DNA of 64,000 nucleotides, taken from assembly GCA_028826165.1 (NCBI GenBank), contig JAPDFW010000057.1, positions 124,001 to 188,000 of the forward strand. The letters run 5' to 3'. The DNA comes from Anaeramoeba ignava BMAN (Eukaryota; Protista; Anaeramoebae). Made by a program: the position numbers and the translations under genes. The notes beneath the pieces are model-generated. The model was not told the origin of the DNA, did not search any database, and worked only from the letters and a program-made list of their open reading frames with translations. Of the stretch, positions 1 through 14,101 are shown piece by piece. How positions within the stretch are numbered: the stretch's first letter is position 1; each line of letters opens with the position of its first letter.

Positions 1-2037
1 AAATCCTGATCAGTAATGTTTGGGTTTCCTCCGAAATCAAGAAGTATTTGGAAAATCTCAAAGTTATCTTGTTGTGCTGCCATATTTAGTGCGGTTGTTC
101 CTTCGCGGTTTTTTGTATTCATATCAAAATTAGTTGCTGCTATTGCTCTTGTGATCTCCATCTGATTGTGGATCACTGAAAGATGCAGCGCGCTATTCCC
201 ATCTCCGTCCTCCTTTGTTAGGCTTGCCCCGTTTGTTATCAATAGTGTTGCTATTGAGTAATTTCCGTTAATTATTGAGATGTGAAGTGGTGTATATTTA
301 TTTCCATTTATTGAGTCAAGATCTGCTCCTTGGCTAATTAATATTTGTGTGATTTCGAATCTGTTATGTATAGTTGCCAGATGGATTGGTTTATTTCCAT
401 CACTATCGAAATCTAAAAATTTCATAAATATTTAAAATATTTAATATTTAAAAATATTTAAAATATTTAATAAAATATTTAATATTTAACAAAAAATATT
501 TAATATTTAATAAAAAATATTTAATATTTAAATATTCACCTTCAATTTCTGATCTTTTTTTGAATAACTTCTTCACTTTTTGTACATTCCCATGTTTCAC
601 ATACTCATGAATAGCGCTTCTTGCTCCTTTCTCAATCAATAAAGTGCATACTTCATGATGCTTATTCATTTGTGCTAAAGTTAATGGTGTTTTTCTTTTT
701 GCATTTGTTGATTTCATAGAAAGTCCATGATCAACTAAAAATTCAACTGCTAAAATTTTCCCATTTTCACTGGCATAATGAAGTGCATTACTTTTTTCTT
801 TGGAAAAAGACTTCAATTTGAGTTTCAATTTAGAAAACATTTCTAACATCTCTACATGTCCATATTTAGCTGCTAAATGAACAGGAGTAAATCCTTCTTT
901 GTTTTTTGTATAAAAATTTTTTATTTTATATTTTTTGATTAAATATTCGCATGCTTCAATACTGTTAGCAACTACTCCAACATGGAGCGGGAGATAACCA
1001 TCAGGATCAGCAATCTCAATAATATTTTTTGAGCTTTCACATAAAATAGAAACAATTTCTGTGTAATTTAAATGCATAGCCCAATGAAGAGGTGTCCTAT
1101 TTTAAAATTTTAGATTTAAATATTTTATAAATGAATATTAATTTTAATTTTAATTTTAATTTTAATTTTAATTTTGTAAATGAATTTTAATTTTAATTTT
1201 AATTTTAATTTTAATTTTTATTTTGATTTTAATTTTAATTTTAATTTTAATTTTAATTTTAATTTTAATTTTAATTTTAATTTTAATTTTGTAAATGAAT
1301 ATTAATTTTAATTTTAATTTTAATTTTAATTTTAATTTTGATTTTATAAATGAATTTTAAATTTAATTATAATTTTAGATTTGGTTTTAATTTTATAAAT
1401 GAATTTTAATTTTAATTTGATAAATGAATTTTAATTTTAATTTGATTTTAATTTTAATTTTGATTTTAATTTTAATTTTAATTTTGATTTTAATTTTAAT
1501 TTTATAAATGAATTTTAATTATAATTTTAATTTTAATTTTAATTTTAATTTTAATTTTAATATTGATTTTAATTTTGTAAATGAATTTTAATTTTTATAA
1601 AATAATTTTTATTGTAAATTATTTTAATCAAACTCAAAAAAAAAAAAAGAGGAAAAAATAAAAAGTTTGTCAAAATTTGTTAAAAAATAATAAAAATACC
1701 ATCCTTTCTGGTCTTTTAATGTTGGATCGGCTAATTCTTGTATCAAAAGTTTGACAAACTTTTCTTTTTTTGAAATAACACTTATATGTAAAGCTGATAA
1801 AGAAGTTTCACCTTCTTGTTCATTAATTCTTATTCCTTTTTTGATTAGAAGTTGACATATTTCATACTGATCAGAACGAATTGCAATATGTAAAGCATTT
1901 TGTCCTTTTTGGTTCGGTGTGTTTATATTATAATTAAAGGATCCATTCGATAACGTTTCTTTTACAATTTCAAAATCTCCGTTTTCACAAAATTGATGAA
2001 AATTAGTTCTTCTGTTTCGCAATGCTTCAATATCCAT
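1..2037 (-). CDS. Ankyrin-repeat protein, 3' end beyond the window; exons 2037-1700, 1096-540, 412-<1
   Basis: Many ankyrin motifs (GQNALHIA, GWTPLHWA, GFTPVHLA, GNKPIHLA). The GT-AG joins restore KGW|TPLH and EIE|DFDSDGNKPIHL in frame. Confidence 0.9.
1140..1610. repeat. Intronic (TTTTAA)n hexamer array
   Basis: Visible tandem repeat inside intron 1097-1699 of the ankyrin gene. Confidence 0.9.
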
Positions 2038-2421
2038 TATTAGAATAAATAAATTTTGAAAAGGTCTCAAAAATTTAAAAAACAAAAATTAAAAAAAACA
2101 AATTAAAAAAAAAAAAACAAACACAAACAAATTAAACCCAAAAATATCAAAAAAAAGAAAAGGAAAGAAAAGAAAAAAAAAGAAAAGAAAAGCAAAATAA
2201 TGGAAACAAAGAACAAAAAAAAAATGAAAAATTTAAAAAAAAAATAATTTTCATTTTTTTCTTTTCTTTAATTTTTCTTTTAATTTTTCTTTCTTCTATA
2301 AAAGTTGCAAATTTTGATTATTAAATTATTCATTTATTGATTTATTAAATTATTAAATTATTCATTTGTTGATTTATTGAAGTTTTCATTTGTTTATTTA
2401 TTGAAGTTTTCAAATATTGGA

Positions 2422-5400
2422 ATGTCTAAAGTATTAAAATATGTTCTTGTTGGTGATTCTTGTGTTGGAAAAAGCACAATTTTAATTCAATTTTGTGATT
2501 CTTTTTTCGCTAAGAATCAAGAACCAACAATTGGAGTTGATTTTCGATTTTCAAACATAACAGTTGAAAATGAAGAAATAGAACTTCAAATTGTATTTTT
2601 CTAGATCAAACAATGAATCAAAAATCGAATTCTTTTTTTTTTTTAATTTATATTCTTTTATTACTTTTCTCTTCTTCAAATTTTCGTTTTTTATTATTAG
2701 TGGGATACAGCTGGTATTTGATTTACTTTCAAAAATTTCACAATTATTTTTTTTTCTCTTCCGTTTTTTAATTTGATTCAAATCTTTTTCAGGTCAAGAA
2801 AGATTTAGATCTATTACAAACCATTATTATAGGGATGCTAATGCAATTATTGTTGTTTATGATATCCTTAATAAAATTACTTTTTCAAATCTTGAAGCTT
2901 GGTATTCTCAAATTTTCTCAACTGCTCCTGAAACTACAAAAATAATTCTTGTTGGAAATAAATTAGATTTACAAGATCATCGAACAGTTTCCAAAGATAT
3001 GGGCGAAGTATTTTATTTCTTCAATTTAAATTCCAAAAATATATCCAAAAATATATATTTAAAAATATATTTAAAATATTTATTTAAAAATATATCCAAA
3101 AATATATTTAAAAATATATCCAAAAATATATTTAAAAATATATCCAAAAATATATTTAAAAATATATTTAAAAATATATCTAAAAATATATATAAAATAT
3201 ATATATTCAAAAAATATATCTAAAAATATATATAAAAATATATTCCAAAAATATATCTAAAAATATATCTAAAAATATATCTAAAAATATATCTAAAAAT
3301 ATATTTAAAAATATATCTAAAAATATATCTAAAAATATATTTAAAAATATATTTAAAAATATATCTAAAAATATATTTAAAAATATATCTAAAAATATAT
3401 TTAAAAATATATTTAAAAATATATCTAAAAATATATATTTAAAATATATTTAAAAATATTTATTTAAAAATATATCTAAAAATATATTTAAATATATAAA
3501 AATATATTCCAAAAATATATCCAAAAATATATATCTAAAAATATATTTAAAAATATATTTAAAAATATATATCTAAAAATATATCTAAAAATATATTTAA
3601 AAATATATCCAAAAATATATTTAAAAATATATTCTAAAAATATATATCCAAAAATATATCTAAAAAATATATATAAAAATATATCCAAAAATATATCTAA
3701 AAATATATCTAAAAATATATTTAAAAATATATTAAAAAAATATATAAAAATATATATCTAAAAAAATATATATCTAAATATATATCTAAAAATATATTTA
3801 AAAATATATTTAAAAATATATCTAAAAATATATATCTAAAAAATATATTTAAAATATATTTAAAAATATATCTAAAAATATATTCCAAAAATATATCTAA
3901 AAATATATCCAAAAATATATCTAAAAATATATCTAAAAATATATTTAAAAATATATCTAAAAATATATCTAAAAATATATCTAAAAATATATTTAAAAAT
4001 ATATCTAAAAATATATTTAAAAATATATTTAAAAATATATTTAAAAATATATTTAAAAAATATATCTAAAAATATATCTAAAAATATATTTAAAAAATAT
4101 ATCTAAAAATATATCTAAAAATATATCTAAAAATATATTTAAAAATATATCTAAAAATATATTTAAAAATATATTTAAAAATATATCCAAAAATATATTT
4201 AAAAATATATCCAAAATATATTTAAAAATATATCTAAAAATATATCTAAAAATATATTTAAAAATATATTTAAAAATATATCTAAAAATATATTCCAAAA
4301 ATATCTAAAAATATATATAAAAATATATCTAAAAATATATATTTAAATATATTTAAAAATATATTTAAAATATATCTAAAAATATATCTAAAAATATATT
4401 TAAAAATATTTATTTAAAAATATATCTAAAAATATATATTTAAAATATATTTAAAAATATATCTAAAAATATATATTTAAAATATATTTAAAAATATATC
4501 TAAAAATATATATTCAAAAAAATATCAAATATATATCTAAAAAATATATTTAAAAATATATTTAAAAATATATCTAAAAAATATATCTAAAAATATATCT
4601 AAAAATATATCCAAAAATATATCTAAAATATATATTTAAAAATATATCTAAAATATATCTAAAAATATATTCTAAAAATATATCTAAAAATATATCTAAA
4701 AATATATATTTAAAAATATATTTAAAAATATATCTAAAAATATATTTAAAAATATATATAAAAAATATATCTAAAAATATATCTAAAAATATCTAAAAAT
4801 ATATCTAAAAATATATATTTAAATATATCCAAAAAATATATTTAAAAATATATCTAAAAATATATCTAAAAATATATCTAAAAATATATTTAAAAATATA
4901 TCTAAAAATATATCTAAAAATATATTTAAAATATATCTAAAAATATATCTAAAAATATATCTAAAAATATATATATCTAAAAATATATTTAAAAATATAT
5001 TTAAAAATATATCTAAAATATATCTAAAAATATATATCTAAAAAATATATCTAAAAATATATCTAAAAATATATATCTAAAAATATATTTAAAAAATATA
5101 TCTAAAAATAAAATAAAAAATATATATTTAAAATATATATGGAAAAATATGAAAAAAAAGTTATATAAAAATAACAAAAATCAATAATTCAAGAGTAAAA
5201 TTTGGATTAAAAACTATCATTTTAAAAATGAAAACAATTTTTAATTACATTCAAAATATATTTAAAAATTGGAAAAATGAAAAGAAAGTATCATTATATA
5301 AACAAAACTCAAAAAAATATTCTTCTTTATCACTTTATATTTTAAATTTTATATCTTAAAATATATATAAAATTATATCCAATTTTTATATTTAAAAAAA

Positions 5401-5681
5401 TTTATTTTAAAAATATATTTTAAATATATATTTAAAAGAAAAATTTAAAATAAATTTCAAAAAAATCATTTTTCGTTCTCATTTTTATTTTTCTTTTTCT
5501 TGTTTGGAAAAAAACAGGTGATAAAAAAATTTCAATTTAAAAAACTATCATTTTTAAAATGAAAACAATTTTTTAATTACATTCAAAACTTTAAAATAGT
5601 TTGCAAAAATTTAAAAAAAGTGGAAAAAATGAAAAGAAAGTATCATTAGATAAGAATTCAAACAAAAAAGGATGTTGTTAA
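2422..5681 (+). CDS. Rab-family small GTPase; exons 2422-2592, 2701-2713 (13 nt), 2793-3007, a garbled G5 exon, 5600-5681
   Basis: GDSCVGKS (G1), TIGVDF, WDTAG|QERF across the 13-nt exon, GNKLD (G4), and a C-terminal KKGCC* prenylation motif. The SAK-containing exon is not intact. Confidence 0.85.
3033..5140. repeat. Intronic 12-bp minisatellite (AAAAATATATCT/AAAAATATATTT)n, about 2.1 kb
   Basis: Visible 12-bp periodic array after the Rab donor at 3008. Confidence 0.95.
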
Positions 5682-5879
5682 AGAATTTATTTTATATATT
5701 TTCTTTCTAAACAAAACTCAAAACAAATGATTCTTCTTTATCACTTTATCATTTTATATTTTTCTTTTCTTAAAATTTTTCTTATTATTTCTAAATTATT
5801 TTCAATTTTAAAAAAAAAACCAATTTATTTAATTATTATTTTATTATTTTTAAAGAGAAAAAAAGAAAAAAATGAAAAA

Positions 5880-5968
5880 TAAATTTCAAAAAAAAATTTT
5901 TTTTCATTTTTCATTTTTTCATTTTTCATTTTTTCATTTTTCATTTTTTCATTTTTCTTGTTTGGAAA
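5880..5968 (+). promoter_or_regulatory. Tandem T-rich TCATTT initiator-like motifs upstream of the ATG
   Basis: About six TTTTCATTTT copies directly before the MYBBP1A start. The same motif precedes most genes on their sense strand. Confidence 0.55.
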
Positions 5969-8900
5969 ATGACAGATTATAAATTATATTTTTTCGATTT
6001 GGTTTCATATTATCCAGAAATAAGAAAAAACGCAACAATCAATTTAATAAATTATCATTTAGAAAATTCAAATAAACAAGATGAATTGAATTACACATTA
6101 AATCGATTAATAAAAGGAATTGGTTCATCAAGAGAAGCAGCAAGATTAGGATTTTCTCTTGCACTTTCAGAAGTAATTTATTAAAATTAAATTCAATATT
6201 ATATTTAATATTATATTCAATATTATATTCAAAATTATATTTAATATTAAATTTAATATTATATTCAAAATTATATTCAATATTATATTTAAAATTATAT
6301 TCAAAATTATATTTAAAATTATATTCAAAATTATATTTAATATTATATTCAATATTACATTCAATATTACATTCAATATTATATTCAAAATTATATTTAA
6401 AATTATATTTAAAATTATATTTAAAATTATATTTAATATTATATTTAATATTATATTTAAAATTATATTTAATATTATATTCAAATTTATATTCAAATTA
6501 AATTCAAAATTAAATTTAATATTATATTCAAAATTATATTTAAAATTATATTTAATATTATATTTAATATTATATTCAAAATTATATTCAATATTATATT
6601 TAATATTATATTCAAAATTAAATTTAATATTATATTTAATATTATATTTAATTTTATATTTAATATTATATTTAATATTATATTTAATATTATATTTAAT
6701 TATATTTAATATTATATTCAATATTATATTTAAAATTATATTCAAAATTATATTTAATATTATATTTAATATTATATTTAAAATTATATTTAATAATATA
6801 TTTAATATTATATTCAAATTTATATTCAATATTATATTTAATATTATATTCAAAATTATATTTAAAATTATATTTAATATTATATTCAAAATTATATTTA
6901 AAATTATATTTAAAATTAATATATTAAAAATTATATTTAAAATTATATTCAAAAATTATATTCAATATTATATTTAATATTATATTTAATATTATATTTA
7001 ATATTATATTTAATATTATATTCAATATTATATTTAATATTATATTTAATATTATATTTAAAATTATATTTAAAATTATATTTAAAATTATATTCAAAAT
7101 TATATTCAATATTATATTTAATATTATATTTAATATTATATTCAATATTATATTTAAAATTAAATTCAAAATTAAATTCAACATTAAATTCAAAATTATA
7201 TTTAAAATTATATTCATTAAATTTAAAATTAAATTGTATTTTTTAGTTTTTATCCGTTTTTCAGAATTTCTCTTTAAAAAATATTATTGAACAAATTCAA
7301 AAAGAAAATAAGGATAACCCAAAGATGAAAAAAAAATTACTTCGTGATGCTCTTTTAGGAAGAATTTTTGGTTATTTATCAATTTTACGCTCAAAAATTT
7401 TCCAAAATGAAATTGAAAAACCTTCTCAAAATTCAAAAGAAATAGTTCAATTAATGACACAAGATTTAATTAAAATTATGAGAAAAACATATTTTCTTCG
7501 AGAAATTAGTTATGAAGCTCTTATTGATATTATTAACAGAGTTTGATTAAAACCCAAAATTTAAAAGAAAAAAAACAATTTTGTTTAATTTCGTTTTTTT
7601 GTTTTGAAAAAAAAAATTTCAAAACAACATATTAAATACCAATTTAAGACTTCAGAAGAATTATTTATTGATTCAATTGCACCTTCTCTTAAATCAGAAC
7701 TAAATCAAAAACTATCAGAATATTCTCCAGAACTTATTGCTTTAATTCTTTTTCTACAATCAACAAATGAAAAAAAACATAATTTTTTACTTGAAATGAT
7801 GAGCAGAGAAAGTTTTTGGATTGATAATAATTTCTTTTCTAAAACAAATTTAAAGGAAGTTTACAACACTTTAAAAGTAAATTAAATTTAAATTAAAAAT
7901 TAAAATTAAAATTTATTTAAAATTTATTTAAAAATTATTTAAAATTTAAATCAATCAGTCTACAACATATTCTCATCCAAGACTTAATGTTGTTTGGCAA
8001 AATATTCTCAATCATCTTTTGGAAAATTCACCATTAAATATAAATCAAAATCAAAATCAAAATCAAAATCAAAATCAAGAACAAAACCAAAATCAAAATC
8101 AAAATCAAATTGAAGATAGTTCTACAAAAAAACAATCACAAAGGAAAAGACAAAAACAAAACAAAATGATATCTAAATTTGAATCCAAAATTCGCAATTT
8201 TTGGAATAATTTAATTGATGGTATTGACATTTTATTTTCAAATACAAAATCATTTACTTTTTTTTTTTTTAATTCCATTTTCTTCAATAGAATTATTGAA
8301 ACCAAACGATAAAGAACTGATCTATCTTTGTTTCGAAGTTTCCAAAAATTTCCTTCTTAAAACAAATGGGAATTTTATTGATATTGTTTGCTCAAAAACT
8401 TTTCTTGAATATTTCGGAAATTATTTGATGAAAAGAACAGCACTTCAAGCTCATTTAAAAACAGTAATTCAAGTATTTGAGAACGTATGTGAAGTGAATC
8501 AAGAGGCAAGATTGAAGCTTGTAAACCTACTTTATACAGGATATCATAGATATTCATTTGATTCAAGAACCAAAACGAATGTTGTTTCATCATTAATTTC
8601 AAATTTTGATTCTGAAGGTGCTAAAAAATACTGGGATTTCCTTGAGCAAATGTTTCTTAATCCAGAACCAGAAGTTATCAAACAAATTGGGTTCCAAAAA
8701 AATGATTTTGAGAAAGAATTTTCAGAAGAAATTCAGCATCTAAGATCTTGGGTTATTGGTCAATTAGGTATTATTGTTAATGGTTATAATAAAGTCCCAA
8801 AAGATGAAGATTGGCTTTTAAAAAGTTTAAAATTTCTTGCTTTTCATTCTGCTTTTGAACCAAAAAATCAGAAGAAATCAAAACTTGAAGTATTTTATTA

Positions 8901-11094
8901 TCAAAAAAGAAAAAACAACAATTTTACTTCAAATATTTAAAATATTTAAAATATTTATATTTATATTTATATTCATATTTATTTAAGTTTGAACTTCCAA
9001 AACCTCCTCTTTCAAATTTTATTCGCAACGAATGCTCTAAAAAATTATTCCAATTATCAAGAAAATTCCCATTTTTATCCTCACAAAATCAACTCAAAAA
9101 CAAAGGATTTATTGAAAAATTATTACTCGGTGAATCACGTTTATATCAATTAGTTATTTCTATTGAAAATATGATTGCAATGACATTTGAACCAAAAAAC
9201 AACTTAAGTTTAATTACTCCAATAACAGAAGAAAATTTACAAATTAGAAAAGAAGCATTTGAAACAATAGAAGAAATCCGAAAAGTTGTTTCAGAAAAAA
9301 TAAAAAATAAAGATCTTCAAATTCAAGAAAGAAATTACATCTCTCAAGTAGTATCAATTGAAATTCTTTTACTACAAGTCGCAATTCATCAAATTTTTGA
9401 TCAAAATCGAACAAGTTCTAGTTTACTTGAAATTACTCATTTCTTTCGTAATGATTTTTTCAACAAAGAAGCTGATTCTGATTTGACAGCTCTTTTTGAT
9501 ATTTTAATTAGATTAATCTCAAAGCCAAGAAAGTAAACTTTTTTATTTTTTATTTTCTTATTATTTTTTCTTAAAAAAAAAATGATAAGAACACAATTTA
9601 TTGAGATCCTAATTCTTTTTATTCTTTCTTTCTTCTAGTTTTTTAAGAGAGATTGTAGATGAAGTTTTTAAGAGATTTTGTGGTATTATTAATGAAAATG
9701 TTGTTCAAAAAATTTTGGATTTAATGAAAATGGATTTTTCAGAAACAATTACAACTTATATTAATTCAAATGATAATGAAGATGATGAAGATGATGAAGA
9801 TGATGAAGATGATGAAAATGATGAAAATGATGAAAATGATGAAAATGAAAATGAAAATGAAAATGAAAATGAAAATGATAATGAAGATGAAAATGAAAAT
9901 GAAGATGATGAAAAAGATGAAAAACTTAAAGAAATTGAATATGAAATCCAAAATACCCCACAAACAATCATAGATCAAGATGAATTTATGTTAAAAATGG
10001 ACGAGAATTTAGCATTAATGTTCAAAGAACAAAAAATTAGAAAACAAGAATCTAAAATGATATTTATGAACGCAATTCATTTCAAATTTAAATTGTTGAA
10101 TTTTCTTGATATTTTTATTTCACAAAACCAATTAATTCAACAACATATACCTTTTCTGATTGAAAATTTGTTTAATTATATATCAGAAACATTTAACCTA
10201 ATAACTCAAGAATTGAAAAAAAGACACACAAATCCAGAAATTCGAGAATTGAAGTTATTAAAAACAAAGCTACTCAATTTATATTCATTGAAACTTTGCA
10301 AAATTAAGCAATATCCACAAGATTTGCAACCAGAAACAATCATGAAATTACATCAAACACTGGAAAAACTTCTCAATTTTGCTTTGAAAAACAGAACACC
10401 TCTTTTTGGTTTAGCTAATTTAGGAATTTTGCTTATTTTTCGGATCTTAATTGGAAACAAAAAAGAAGAAAAAAACACTCAAAATGAATTATTTGGAAGT
10501 TTGGATGAAGAAAAAGTGAATAAGATTTATATCAGAATTGTGCAAAACAGAATTAATAAAAAATTTGTAGACATGAAATTATTTCTCATGTTATTTGAAA
10601 GATATCCACAGTTTGGATGGAATTTGTTTCCTCATTTATGCAAAAAATTTCCTGAAATCAAAATTACAAACGAATATCTCCTTTCACAATTTATTCAGAT
10701 ATTTTCTGTGCTTTTCAAAAGAGTCAACATTCTTTTTGCTAACAACGAGCATTTTAGTCTTTCTTTATTAGAACAAAACTCAAGATTATTATTTACGCAA
10801 ACAATTCCCAAAATTATTGATTCATTTTTAAAAGATGAAAAAATTCACAAACAAAGACAACTTTATTTCAAGAAATTCCTTAATTTGGTTTTATTTGCTT
10901 CAAAAGTTATTGTTCAAAAATTTGGATTTCAAAAAGCTCAAGAAATTACTCAATTTTTAGAATTAGAGAAATTATTAAATGAAGCTCAATCTTCAAATAA
11001 ATTCCAAGGACAATCAATAATGACATTATCAAAAACAATTATTTCTTCATTTCAAGAAAAAAAAATTAAACAAAAAAGAAAAAAGAATAATTAA
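5969..11094 (+). CDS. MYBBP1A: Myb-binding protein 1A / DNA polymerase phi (Pol5) nucleolar protein, multi-exon
   Basis: N-terminal signature YTLNRLIKGIGSSREAARLGFSLALSE, SHPRL motif, FDSRTKT, and an acidic tract followed by MLKMDENLALMFKE. The introns checked are GT-AG and join in frame. Confidence 0.9.
6185..7220. repeat. Intronic 12-bp minisatellite (ATTATATTTAAT/ATTATATTCAAA)n
   Basis: Fills intron 1 of MYBBP1A. Confidence 0.95.
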
Positions 11095-11195
11095 ATCTTT
11101 ATCTTTATCTTTATCTAAGAAATAGAAATAAATCAATAAAACAATTTTTTTTTTAAAAAAAAATTTCTATTTTGAATATATTTTTTATTGATTTT

Positions 11196-12079
11196 TCATT
11201 TTCTTTTGCAACTACATTGTATTTTTCTTTGAACTTTACGAACTTTTTTTGGTTTTGAATTTTGTTTTTTTTGAATTTTTTTTTGTTTTTTGAATTTTCT
11301 TCTTGATTTTATTTGTTGATTTTTTGACCAAACTTTTCTAATTTTTTTCGGATTTTTTTCTTTTTTCAATTCACATTTATTTCCAAATTCACATTGATTT
11401 TCATTTTCATTTTCATTTTCATTTTCATTTCCATTTTCATTTTCATTTTCATTTTCATTTTCATTTTCATCTTCATTTTCATTTTCATTTTCATTTTCAT
11501 TTTCAAAATTAAATTTATATAAAGAATCTTTATTTAAATCATTCATTATTGTTACAGTTGTTTTAAGTTTTTCATCAATAAAAGTAAATTTTTCATTAAT
11601 TTCTTCATCATCTTTTTTTTTTTTTGAATAATAAAAAATTAATTAAATAAATTATAAATTTCTTTTTCTTTTTCTTCAGAAAAAAAAGTTAATTACTCTC
11701 TTTGATAAATCCATTCTTATTTAATGTTGTTTCAAATATTGGAATTCCTAAACTTGAAAATTGAATTCTTTCTGATTCTTTTTTAACTCTTTTTTTCTCT
11801 TCTTTTTCCTTTTGTTTAATTTCTTGTTGTGCTTTTTCTTTTCTTTTCTGTTTTCTCTTTGAAAAACCTTTCAAATAATTACTATTAAAAAAAAAATCAA
11901 AATTTTCATTTTAAAAATTGTAAAAATAAATTTTTTTTTCTTTTAATTTTTTACATTCTTTTTTTTGGATCAAAAACAACAACTTTATTTGAAGATTTAT
12001 TATTATTTTTTTTAGATAAAAGTGTATCTTTTCGAGATAAAGGAGTTGAAGAAATTCCTGAATTTTCATCAAAATACAT
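11196..12079 (-). CDS. RRP17: Nucleolar protein 12 / Rrp17 (Nop25 family), 3 exons
   Basis: VVFDPKKRI|NYLKGFSKRKQKRKEKAQ matches the Nop25 motif F(D)xxxRxxYLTGFxKRKxxR; basic C-terminus. Confidence 0.8.
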
Positions 12080-12219
12080 TTTTAATAAAGAAAAAAAAAT
12101 GAAAAAAATGAAAAAAATATTTTTAAAAAATAATTTTTTTATTTTTTCATTTTTTTCATTTTTAATTTTTGTTTTATTTCTTTTTGAAAATTATTTAAAA
12201 TATTAAAAAAAAAATAAGT

Positions 12220-14026
12220 CTAATTGTTATTATTATTATTTTTCTTATTATTTTTGATTTCAAATTGAAATTTCAAAGCTGAATGAACTGAATCACCAAT
12301 TAACCAAATCTAAAAACAAAAAAAAAAGAAGTGAATTATAAATTTTGGATTATAATAAAATTTTCTTTAAAGATATAATACATTTGCTAATCCTAAAGCA
12401 AGTGTAGCACCATAAAAAAAGTTAGAATTTCCAGTTCCTTGGTTAATCCATGAGAACCAAAATAAGGGTAATAAAGAAATTGAGAACAGGAATATAGAAG
12501 AAACCAAAAACAAATTTCTCATATGTTTCAAGAGAGTAATATTTGTTAATAGTAATGCCACTGAAAGGGCCATTCTTCCAAGTTCTGCATATGGATGGAA
12601 AGTTGATATTATTAGAGCAATTATTGAAAATAAAAATTCGGGATTTTTTCTACATTGTTTAAATTTGTTTTCATTTTATAAAAATATATCCAAATACTCA
12701 GAGATTAATTCTTCTGTTTTTTTTATCAATGATTTGTTGGTTAAAAATCATACGAGAATTGAAGTGTTAAAGGTATAATTAAAGGAACAACTTGGAATTG
12801 AAAAATAAAAAGAAACAAATTTTTAAAATTGCTAAAAATTTCGATCATCAAATACCAAAACAACCCCACATTTGGAGTTCTGTCTTTTGCTGTAATGCTA
12901 AATAATAGGGAGTTATGTATAAATCCTTTTTTGTTTTGAAGTAATTTTCGGGTAAATTCTATCAAACTTGACGAAGTGATTTCCTGGTCTTTCATCAGAA
13001 ATGTAATCGATAATGATAGTAAAGATAGCACCCAAATTAATTCTAAGAATATGATCATAAAAATACTCTAATAATATTCTTATTAAGTCTATTTTGCAAA
13101 CCGAGAAAAAAAAGAAATAATTTGATTTTTTTTTTTTACAATTTTCTTTTTTTGTCGAAGAAGTAAAATAACTGGAATTATCAATAGAATATAATAAATA
13201 TCTAAGTACACAGAACAAGAAAGAAAGAATGTGGATAGGAATATCCAACCCTTTTGTGCTGTAAATAGAGTTAATAACAAGAAAAATTGAGGGAAAATTG
13301 CTGTTGTTTTTGATAAGCAACTAAAAATTATAATTGGATTTAAAAAAAAGCTTTTGTTTGACCAACAAAAAATATAAAACAAAAAAACAAAAAAACGTAA
13401 TTAATATTAGGAAATTCTATCACCATTTTTTTTCTATTGAATAGTTATAGAAAAGCTATCCTGAATTTACAATAAAGAAAGGAATATCGAAAAATTTGCA
13501 AAAAAAAAGTTTTTGTTTTTTGTTTCAAATTCTTTTTTTTGGAGATGGTTTTCAGAAATAAGAAATATTAAAATCAAACAAAGAAAATCTGTTGTAGCAA
13601 AAATTAAGTTTTCAATCTATAATTAAATCAAATAAAAAAGAAATATGAATAAAGTATTTAATGATTATTTTTTGTTTTTTGTTTTTTTTTTACAAATTTT
13701 TGTGATTTTAAAGAATTTAATAAAGAAAAAAAATAGAATAAAATTGGCATTTGATGAAAAGTGTTTCCTTCATAAGGAGATAAACCATTTTGTGATAGAA
13801 AAATTCCTTCTTTTACTTTAAAATTAAAATTAAATTTAAAATAAAATTAAAATTTATAGATTAAAATTTATAATAAAAACAAACATCTTCTAATATTTGT
13901 AAATGGAGTTGAAAATTCAATTCTTTTTATAAATTTTTCATCAAAATGAAAATGAAATAAAATTGTTCTAATAAAAATTCCCAAAAACGAAGTTAAAATA
14001 AAACCAAAAATTCTTTTAAAATTCAT
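12220..14026 (-). CDS. PIGU: GPI transamidase subunit PIG-U (Cdc91/Gab1), multi-exon
   Basis: RIEFSTP, SPYEGNTFHQMP, TPNVGLFWYLMIEIF and GTGNSNFFY are PIG-U conserved motifs; multiple hydrophobic segments. Confidence 0.9.
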
Positions 14027-14101
14027 TAAAACAAAAACAATGAAAATGAAAATGAAAATGAAAAAAATGAAAAATGAAAATTTAAAAAAAAAAATATAAT
14101 T

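Noticed and set aside
1-412. Higher-GC third exon of the first ankyrin gene as a foreign insertion
   Set aside because: It splices in frame and continues the ankyrin repeats; the compositional difference alone is weak evidence.
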